Below are positions 27,981 through 34,922 of a DNA stretch of 64,000 nucleotides, piece by piece. Each line of letters opens with the position of its first letter. The stretch's first letter is position 1. The notes under the pieces are model-generated. The model was not told where the DNA came from. It made no database searches and worked only from the letters and a program-made list of their open reading frames with translations. Source of the DNA: Peptococcaceae bacterium (lineage in GTDB: Bacteria > Bacillota > Desulfotomaculia > Desulfotomaculales > JACDOK01); the NCBI GenBank assembly GCA_017656185.1, contig JACDOK010000002.1, positions 8,768-72,767 on the forward strand, written 5' to 3'. The translations under genes were made by a program, and so were the position numbers.

Positions 27981-29066
27981 ATGAAGCAAAAAATTCCCAT
28001 TATTCTAGCCGGCACAACGGTAGGCATTGCTGCCATTGGTTTGATGCAGGCCGGTAACCCCGCCAATATGGGTATATGTATTGCCTGTTTCTTAAGAGAT
28101 ATTGCCGGCAGCCTTGGTCTGCACCAGGCTGCAGTAGTGCAGTACATGCGCCCGGAAATTTTGGGTATCGTAATAGGAGCTTTTGCCGTGGCACTCATAA
28201 GACGGGAATTTAGACCGGTGGGCGGTTCCAGTGCTATGGCCAGGTTCCTGCTGGGATTCTTGGCCATGATAGGATTCCTGGTCTTTTTGGGATGCCCCCT
28301 GCGTATGACCATTCGCCTTGCCGCCGGCGATCTGAACGCCGTTGTCGGTTTAGTTGGCCTTGCTGCCGGAGTAGGAGCCGGGGTCGGGTTTATAAAAAAT
28401 GGTTTTTCCCTTGGTCGCGCCACACCCCGCAGCGCCGTCAACGGTTACCTTTTCCCGGGCATATTTATTGGTCTGACCATCCTATTTCTTGCAGGAGCAT
28501 CATTTATTGTGGCAAGTGAAAAAGGACCTGGTGCTATGCACGCACCGGTATTCCTAAGTCTAGCCGCCGGACTTATCATCGGAGGTCTGGCCCAGTACTC
28601 GCGTTTATGCCTGGTAGGAGGTATCAGAGATTTCCTTTTCTTCCGTGATACTTACCTGCTGACAGGGCTGGGAGTAATCTTTACGGTAGCGTTAATAGGT
28701 AATATCGCGGTAGGTGCCTTTAATGTCGGTTTTGAAGCTCCTATTGCTCATAACGACGGGCTCTGGAATTTTCTCGGCATGGCGCTGGCCGGACTTTGCT
28801 CGACCCTCGCCGGCGGCTGTCCTTTGCGCCAGCTTGTAGCATCAGCGGAAGGCAACACTGATGCTGCCGTAACCGTCATGGGCCTTTTGGCCGGTGCAGC
28901 TATGGCACATAACTGGAAATTGGCCGCCAGCCCGGCCGGCGTTCCTGTTAACGGTCAGATCGCCGTCATTCTGGGATTGCTTATCGTGGTAGGCTTTGCT
29001 TTGGCCACTATTACCTCCAAGGCCACCACACAAAGGGGGGTCGTCGATGAACGAGCGAGTAGTTGA
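27981..29066 (+). CDS. yedE: YedE/YeeE family putative selenium/sulfur transporter
   Basis: The polytopic membrane protein has the paired conserved Cys half-helix motifs of the family (GICIACFLRD, LGCPLRM, GGCPLRQL). An AAGGAGG RBS precedes the start. Confidence 0.85.
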   Translation: MKQKIPIILAGTTVGIAAIGLMQAGNPANMGICIACFLRDIAGSLGLHQAAVVQYMRPEILGIVIGAFAVALIRREFRPVGGSSAMARFLLGFLAMIGFLVFLGCPLRMTIRLAAGDLNAVVGLVGLAAGVGAGVGFIKNGFSLGRATPRSAVNGYLFPGIFIGLTILFLAGASFIVASEKGPGAMHAPVFLSLAAGLIIGGLAQYSRLCLVGGIRDFLFFRDTYLLTGLGVIFTVALIGNIAVGAFNVGFEAPIAHNDGLWNFLGMALAGLCSTLAGGCPLRQLVASAEGNTDAAVTVMGLLAGAAMAHNWKLAASPAGVPVNGQIAVILGLLIVVGFALATITSKATTQRGVVDERASS

Positions 29067-29262
29067 TGCCCGGGGACTTCTATGTCCCGAACCCATGCTG
29101 ATGGTTAAACGAGCTATCGAAGCTGCTGGTTCGGGGACCATAAAAGCCCTGGCCGATAATTCAGCGGCAAGAGAAAATATCAAGCGGCTTGGACAGAGCC
29201 AGGGTTGGTCGGTGGAAATCACCGAAGAAAATGGGGATTATGTTATTATCTTAAAAAAATAA
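29047..29262 (+). CDS. yedF: TusA/SirA-like sulfur(selenium)-carrier protein (short YedF-like)
   Basis: VDARGLLCPEPMLMVKRAI carries the CPxP active-site motif of the TusA/SirA/YedF family. I place the start at ATG 29047 after GGGGGG, overlapping the yedE end by 20 nt. Confidence 0.85.
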   Translation: MNERVVDARGLLCPEPMLMVKRAIEAAGSGTIKALADNSAARENIKRLGQSQGWSVEITEENGDYVIILKK

Positions 29263-29280
29263 TCTTACATTTCCACACGA

Positions 29281-29309
29281 AAAAGCCCGCTTCAAAAAGC
29301 GGGCTTTTT
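29281..29309. terminator. bidirectional rho-independent terminator
   Basis: AAAAGCCCGC-TTCAAAAA-GCGGGCTTTT is flanked by A/T runs on both sides. It lies between convergent yedF (+) and the HesB-like gene (-). Confidence 0.8.
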
Positions 29310-29319
29310 ACCTTTACTT

Positions 29320-29646
29320 TTAGAATTTAGAATTGAGACATCAGCAGTGTGAAGTTCCCGGACCCTTAATGGTAAAACCACCACCCAGGAATGATTCACG
29401 GTAATCTACCGTCGCTCCTGAAAGATAGCGCATGGCGTCTTTGTCAATGATAAAGCGGAGATCCCCCGCTTCCACCAGGGTATCGTCCTCGCGTTTTGAC
29501 TCTTCCAGAGCCATACCGAAGTTCGGGCCGCCTCACCCGATACCCTGGATATACAACCTGATATACGCACCAGATCCATTCTTTTCAGCCAATATTTCCT
29601 TAAATTTTTCTTGAGCCTTATCCGTTACTTCTATCAAAATACTCAC
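29320..29646 (-). CDS. HesB/IscA (A-type Fe-S carrier) family protein with two in-frame TGA codons: candidate selenoprotein (or UGA-to-Cys recoded)
   Basis: It is absent from the ORF track because each TGA-bounded piece is under 60 aa.

My translation is (M)SILIEVTDKAQEKFKEILAEKNGSGAYIRLYIQGIG-[TGA 29533-35]-GGPNFGMALEESKREDDTLVEAGDLRFIIDKDAMRYLSGATVDYRESFLGGGFTIKGPGTSHC-[TGA 29341-43]-CLNSKF-TAA(29320-22).

The first TGA sits where the family has its first ligand Cys (G-C-S-G). The second sits in the middle position of the C-terminal C-G-C...SF motif. The start is GTG 29646 or TTG 29637. The minimal reading ends at 29341. Confidence 0.75.
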
Positions 29647-29805
29647 CCCTGTTTATTACTAAGATAGAAATTCCTTAATCGGTATTTTATGATTACTCAC
29701 TAAAGACGTCAACCTCAACCCGGTCAATGATGCATTCCCTCCACACCACATGCCCCGCCATACCAGGCTCACAACCCTAGTAGTAATTTATAACCAAATT
29801 GCCAG

Positions 29806-30591
29806 TTAGTGGAGTTTTCCCAGCTCGCGCAAAACCAGCTCGTAATCCTCCGGCTTATCAACGTCCACTGCTATTTCCGGATCCTGACAAACCAGCGCCC
29901 TACCAGTTATACCCGCCAAAGCGGTGACTTTGCTTTCTACGGCCTGGAGACTCAACGTTCCGGTGACAAACCTGAGCAACAACCCGATGCCTACTATTCT
30001 CGCCAATTTAAGCGGTTTCTTCCGGTTCTCAGCAAACAAGGCCGCCAAGCGGCGGCAGCGCTCGTAAGCAGAAGAGTGTAAAAGCGCCATATTCCCACCG
30101 GTAAAACGGCCTTCACGGAGCCGCACATAGGTCCTTTTGGCACCCGTATAGCGGGCAGCAACGGTATCCTCCGTAACAACGGGGTAATATACTTCGGCTG
30201 ACCGGTCACCGCACTGCGCCAGAAAACGCTCCACAATTGGGCCGGTAATTAGTGGAATGTCGGACGTGGCTACCAAAACGTGTTGTTCATCGCCTAGTGC
30301 CTTCAAACCTTGCTCCAGGTTCTCCATCAGTCCCCCCGCCGGAGGCAGGAGTTCTACTCTTCCGCCCAATGGGATTACAGCATTCAAATCACTCGGCCCT
30401 ACCACCAAAACATGATTGATCTCCCGGCAATCAAGCAGTGCCCGGAGCACATAATCAATGATAGGGCTATCACCAATGGGTATTAGTGCCTCGTAGGCTT
30501 CATCACTTACTGCGGCTAAAGGCCCGTCGTTAGGGCTGCCGGCCAATAAAATACAGTCAATCAATCTTCTGCGGCCTCCTCCTGAAAACAT
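29806..30591 (-). CDS. MobA-like NTP transferase family protein
   Basis: ILLAGSPNDGPL...LIPIG is the nucleotidyltransferase N-terminal motif. The start may be TTG 30564, overlapping the gntR stop as TTGA, 10 nt after AGGAGGAGG. Confidence 0.7.
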   Translation of the reverse strand: MFSGGGRRRLIDCILLAGSPNDGPLAAVSDEAYEALIPIGDSPIIDYVLRALLDCREINHVLVVGPSDLNAVIPLGGRVELLPPAGGLMENLEQGLKALGDEQHVLVATSDIPLITGPIVERFLAQCGDRSAEVYYPVVTEDTVAARYTGAKRTYVRLREGRFTGGNMALLHSSAYERCRRLAALFAENRKKPLKLARIVGIGLLLRFVTGTLSLQAVESKVTALAGITGRALVCQDPEIAVDVDKPEDYELVLRELGKLH

Positions 30592-31250
30592 AACAAACTG
30601 TTTTCAGCATTTTCAATATGTTCTCTGGCCAAGGCCTGAGCCAATTCTATATTGTGCTCGCTAATTGCTTCCACTATTTTCCTGTGCTCCTCGAGCGCCT
30701 GCCTGTTGCGTCCCGGTACCGACAATGTGCTGGCACGAAAGCGCTGAATTTGTTCTGAAAGGTGGGTGACAATCTGCTTTAAACGCTTGTTCCTGCTGGC
30801 CCGGTAAATAAGTTCGTGAAACTGCGTGTCAGCTTCCACCAGGGCATTGATATCTCCCTTTTCGGCGATTTCAGTGGTCTGTACCACAGAACGTTCCAAA
30901 TTCTCAATTTCCTCATCCGTAATACGCTCGGCAGCCAAACCGGCGGCCAGAGCCTCCAGGGCGGCCCGTACCTCAAACACATCGGTAATGTCCTTGTCGG
31001 AAATACCGGCCACATACGCCCCCTTGCGCGGAACCATCATCACAAAGCCTTCCAGTTCGAGTTTACGGATGGCTTCCCGGACCGGCGTACGACTCACACC
31101 AAGTTCCTCCGCCAACTGCATCTCCATCAACCGCTCCCCCGGTTTGAGCTTACCGGCAATAATGGCTTCACGCAGGGATTCGAACACTACTTCCCGGAGA
31201 GGCTTGTAAGTGTCCAACTTGACCGGCAGCAGACGTCTTTGCTTCTCCAT
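30561..31250 (-). CDS. GntR family (FadR/FCD subfamily) transcriptional regulator
   Basis: It has a wHTH (LMEMQLAEELGVSRTPVREAIRKLELEGFV) and an FCD-type helical C-terminal domain. Confidence 0.9.
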   Translation of the reverse strand: MEKQRRLLPVKLDTYKPLREVVFESLREAIIAGKLKPGERLMEMQLAEELGVSRTPVREAIRKLELEGFVMMVPRKGAYVAGISDKDITDVFEVRAALEALAAGLAAERITDEEIENLERSVVQTTEIAEKGDINALVEADTQFHELIYRASRNKRLKQIVTHLSEQIQRFRASTLSVPGRNRQALEEHRKIVEAISEHNIELAQALAREHIENAENSLLCFQEEAAED

Positions 31251-31341
31251 GAGCGCATCTCCTTTTTCTATTCTTTACAATAACATATTTTAATTTTAAA
31301 TCTAAGGGGCGCAAAACGGCAACAAATGATCACCGAACGGT

Positions 31342-32250
31342 TCAATTTTGGCGGGGGATGGAATGTACAATAGGATTGACGGGATGAACCTGCGGGCCGC
31401 CGGAGGCCGTCGTCGTTACAATTACATCCCGCCCCTTACGTCTTAGTTTTTCGCCTACTTCCTCGGCCTGCCGTATATCAGGTGTAACTCCGAACAACGT
31501 GGGACCACTACCCGAAACTAACGCCGCCAAGGCCCCGGCCCGTAAGATGTCTTCCCGCACCTGCCGCAAGCCGGGGTGCAAATCAAATACCACCCGCTGC
31601 AGGTCATTGACCAAGCAGGAAGCTATACCTGTCACATCCTGCGCCTGGATGGATCTCAAGATAGCTTCGGAATCGGCTCCTGCAGCCGATGGCAAACTGT
31701 CAAAATGCCGGTATACTTTCCCGGCTCCCAGGCCGAAGGGCGCTTTAACCAAAACCACACCCATTTGGGGTGCCGGTAAAAGGGGCTGCAGTTCTTCCCC
31801 GCGCCCCCGCGCTAGGGCCGTTCCACCGAGCAGGCAAAAAGGGACATCGGAACCTATGGCAGCCCCCAAATCCAAAAGTTCGTTCTTTGTCAAATTCAGC
31901 CGCCACAGGTGGTTCAGTCCCATCAGGGTGGCGGCAGCATCGGCCGACCCTCCGGCCAACCCCGCCGCCACCGGAATTCTTTTATGCAAAACAATCCGCA
32001 AACCTTTCCGAATACCGGTATGCTGAGCCCCCAACATCACGGCACGCATACACAAGTTGTCCGGACCGGTTGGAACCCCGGGAGCATTAGTTTCCAATCT
32101 TATTCTGTCCCCCGGTTCTGGCCACAATTCCAGGGTATCATGCAGGGCAAGCTGCTGCATCACCGAAACAATTTCGTGGTAACCGTCGTCACGTCGCCCC
32201 AAAACCCGCAGAAACAAATTGATTTTCGCATAAGCTTTCACTTTAAGCAT
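31342..32250 (-). CDS. ispE: 4-diphosphocytidyl-2-C-methyl-D-erythritol kinase
   Basis: MLKVKAYAKINLFLRVLGRRDDGYHE and the GHMP motif PVAAGLAGGSADAAA are present. I place the start at ATG 32250; the track ORF extends upstream. Confidence 0.93.
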   Translation of the reverse strand: MLKVKAYAKINLFLRVLGRRDDGYHEIVSVMQQLALHDTLELWPEPGDRIRLETNAPGVPTGPDNLCMRAVMLGAQHTGIRKGLRIVLHKRIPVAAGLAGGSADAAATLMGLNHLWRLNLTKNELLDLGAAIGSDVPFCLLGGTALARGRGEELQPLLPAPQMGVVLVKAPFGLGAGKVYRHFDSLPSAAGADSEAILRSIQAQDVTGIASCLVNDLQRVVFDLHPGLRQVREDILRAGALAALVSGSGPTLFGVTPDIRQAEEVGEKLRRKGRDVIVTTTASGGPQVHPVNPIVHSIPRQN

Positions 32251-32482
32251 TATTTTTCTAACCTCTATTTCGACAAGATTAACAAGATTAACAGGATAAA
32301 TAATTAAATTATATAAACATCCTAAAGCATTCTTCACAGGTCAGCAATTTTTAAAAACCATGTTCTAACGTTGTTCAAAATACTTTGTAAAATCCTGTCC
32401 CTTAATCCTGTTCATCCGGTCATCGTAACGTGATTACACACCAACATAAATCTTCCTGCCCGCAAATATATTCAATGTAAAT

Positions 32483-33211
32483 TTGATTTTTCGGGGCGGG
32501 CTTGGCGTGGCACTTACCTTGAGCATACTGGCAGGTTTCTGTACCCTCCTGGGATCCCTGTTGGTATTAATCATCGGTACCCCACGGGCCAAAACGCTGG
32601 CTTTCTTCTTGGGCCTGGCCGCAGGCGTCATGGGCGGCGTCGTGGTCCTTGACCTGTTACCGGCTTCTATTTCCATGGGAGGCTATAAGGCGGTTTGGGG
32701 AGGTACTTGCGCAGGATTGGTATGTATCGCGGTGCTGGATACCTGTCTTGGCCGTATCATCGGTTATGGACAGGGGTTCTTTAAAACCGGGGTTCTGGTA
32801 GCCCTGGGTATTGCCCTGCACGATCTTCCCGAAGGGCTCGCCATCGCCGCCGGTTTCGCCACTACCACATACCTGGGTCTGGTAATGGCTCTCATGATCG
32901 GGCTGCACAACCTTCCGGAAGGTATGGCCACCAGCGTGCCTTTACGCGCCGCGGGTACTGCGGCATGGAAAATCGTCGTCCTTAATGCTTTCGTCAGCCT
33001 GGTAACACCTCTCGGAACCCTACTGGGACTTTGGTTCACAGCCACCGGGCCTTTCTCTCTGGGGGTAATGTCTGCCGCCGCGGCCGGGGCCATGGCCTAT
33101 ATCGTTATTTTTGAACTCATCCCGCACGCCTTTCAGCAGCACGTCCCGTCCGCCGCCCGGGGACTCTTGTACGGGCTGGCGATAGTCGCTGCAACTACTT
33201 TAGTCCCTTAA
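32483..33211 (+). CDS. ZIP family metal transporter (ZupT-like)
   Basis: The repeated HDLPEG/HNLPEG motifs (ALHDLPEGLAIA, GLHNLPEGMA) are diagnostic for ZIP. The start codon is uncertain (TTG 32483 or GTG 32507). Confidence 0.85.
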   Translation: MIFRGGLGVALTLSILAGFCTLLGSLLVLIIGTPRAKTLAFFLGLAAGVMGGVVVLDLLPASISMGGYKAVWGGTCAGLVCIAVLDTCLGRIIGYGQGFFKTGVLVALGIALHDLPEGLAIAAGFATTTYLGLVMALMIGLHNLPEGMATSVPLRAAGTAAWKIVVLNAFVSLVTPLGTLLGLWFTATGPFSLGVMSAAAAGAMAYIVIFELIPHAFQQHVPSAARGLLYGLAIVAATTLVP

Positions 33212-33658
33212 CACAAGAAAGGCTCCACCCGCCATCAGCATCGCCCCCACCACACGATACCAGTTAAAAGGAATCTGCCGCATGCCAAACCAGCCGAAAT
33301 GGTCGATAAGAGTGGCGGTAAGCACTTGTGCCACAATTATGGCCGTAGTAGCCGGCGCTACTCCTACTTTGGGCATGCTGCGCACCACGGTATATACGAT
33401 AATCACCCCCAGAATCCCACCCAGATACGAATACCAGGGTGCCTCCCCCACACGTGCCAGGGAACCGTCTCCCAAACCAAAAGCAAAAAGAAGGACAGCT
33501 ACTAAAACCAGTCCTATGACATGTACTATAAATGTTGTTTCGAGAAGACCAATGACTTTGCCAAGACCCGAATTGATCGCCCCCTGTAAGGCCATCGTTG
33601 CACCGGACAGGGCGGCTACCAACAAGGCCGTTGATTTAATTCCGTCCACCAACACCAT
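33200..33658 (-). CDS. DMT-superfamily membrane protein (DUF606/YdcZ-like)
   Basis: It has five TM helices, the motif GATMALQGAINSGLG and a length near 150 aa. The exact start is uncertain; the track ORF runs to 33694. Confidence 0.65.
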   Translation of the reverse strand: MVLVDGIKSTALLVAALSGATMALQGAINSGLGKVIGLLETTFIVHVIGLVLVAVLLFAFGLGDGSLARVGEAPWYSYLGGILGVIIVYTVVRSMPKVGVAPATTAIIVAQVLTATLIDHFGWFGMRQIPFNWYRVVGAMLMAGGAFLVLRD

Positions 33659-33785
33659 CCTCTCCCACGATATTGTCTCCGCCACCAGCCGCAATATACC
33701 AGTCCTAACCGGGTAAGTTCGTCACCATTTTCACCTCCGGCACATACCTTAATAGCAAAATTAGGCAAATCATGCCGGGTTTGGG

Positions 33786-34817
33786 ATGGTGATTACTTTG
33801 CAGGCTTACCGAGAGGCTCTTAATAGAAACAAGCGGAAGCTAATGAGGTTGCCAAACGTTGTAGGTACCGGGATCGGTTATAAAATTATCGACGGGCAGA
33901 GAACCAGAGAAAAGGCCATTACAGTTTTTGTCAAGAAAAAAGTTCCCCGGGAAGAACTCCCCAGGGTCTATCGCATACCACGCCGCCTGGATGACCTGCC
34001 TACGGACATAGTGGAGGTCGGCCAAATACGCCTTTTAAATGAACAAACCCAGCGTTACCGCCCGGCCCCCCCGGGCTGCAGCATCGGTCACTACTTAGTT
34101 ACCGCCGGCACCTTTGGTGCCGTGGTATATGATGAACATGACGGCACTCCTCTAATCCTTTCCAACAATCACGTTTTGGCGAACTCTACCAGTGGTTCCG
34201 ACCAGCGCGCCAGTATTGGGGATCCCATTTTGCAACCGGGTTCGTATGATGGCGGGACAATAGAATCCGATATCATAGCACACCTGGAACGGTTCGTGCC
34301 CCTGGAACCCGACGTACAGGAATCCACCTGCCAGGCCGCCGGGCAATTCCAAAACCTGATTAACAATCTTATATACACGGTACGCCCCCAGTACTTTGTG
34401 AAGGTTTACAAAAGAAAAACCGCTGCTGCCAACCTGGTGGACGCCGCCGTGGCCAAACCCGTCAAAACCAGCTTGATTACCGGCAAAATCTTAGGTATAG
34501 GAAGGGTAACCGGCACCACAGAACCCGAAATAGATATGATGGTCAAAAAGAGCGGGCGGACTACCGGCCTTACTTACGGCACTATCACTCATATTGACGT
34601 GAGCATCAACGTCGACTATGGAGAAGACCGGCAGCTACCCTTTGAGGACCAGATTCTGGCCACCAACATGAGCAAACCGGGAGACAGTGGTTCCCTGGTT
34701 CTCACTGATGACAATAAGGCCGTTGGACTGCTGTTTGCCGGGTCGGATCGCGTAACGGTGCTTAACCGCATTTCGAATGTGATGAGGCTGCTGAGAGTTA
34801 ACTTTGGGACGGGGTAA
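33786..34817 (+). CDS. chymotrypsin-fold (S1-like) serine protease
   Basis: The His region is LILSNNHVLAN and the Ser region is SKPGDSGSLVL, followed by AVGLLFAGS. This is a trypsin-like catalytic arrangement. No obvious signal peptide is present. Confidence 0.65.
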   Translation: MVITLQAYREALNRNKRKLMRLPNVVGTGIGYKIIDGQRTREKAITVFVKKKVPREELPRVYRIPRRLDDLPTDIVEVGQIRLLNEQTQRYRPAPPGCSIGHYLVTAGTFGAVVYDEHDGTPLILSNNHVLANSTSGSDQRASIGDPILQPGSYDGGTIESDIIAHLERFVPLEPDVQESTCQAAGQFQNLINNLIYTVRPQYFVKVYKRKTAAANLVDAAVAKPVKTSLITGKILGIGRVTGTTEPEIDMMVKKSGRTTGLTYGTITHIDVSINVDYGEDRQLPFEDQILATNMSKPGDSGSLVLTDDNKAVGLLFAGSDRVTVLNRISNVMRLLRVNFGTG

Positions 34818-34853
34818 TAAGGAATGGTATAACTACCTTTATTACCTGCACAT

Positions 34854-34892
34854 AAAGAGACCCGGGTTATAGAGAAAACCCGGGTCTCTTTA
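34854..34892. terminator. bidirectional terminator hairpin
   Basis: A 15-bp stem AAAGAGACCCGGGTT/AACCCGGGTCTCTTT lies between convergent genes. Confidence 0.75.
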
Positions 34893-34922
34893 TGTCTAGT
34901 CATTTCACTGACTAGCTGCGTT

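Noticed and set aside
27959-28441. A 160-aa minus-strand ORF lies opposite yedE.
   Set aside because: It is the shadow of the YedE membrane-protein CDS and is Pro/Arg-rich with no motifs.
29432-29614. The ORF track lists a 60-aa plus-strand ORF in the yedF-downstream region.
   Set aside because: It is antisense to the HesB/IscA-type frame, which has clear family-level similarity over its whole length once the two TGA codons are read through.
32423-32438. TCGTAACGTGATTACA lies upstream of the ZIP transporter and resembles a Zur box half-site arrangement.
   Set aside because: The palindrome is GTAA-N5-TTAC rather than the GTAAT-N-ATTAC spacing of Firmicute Zur boxes. That is too weak to call without a position-weight-matrix score.
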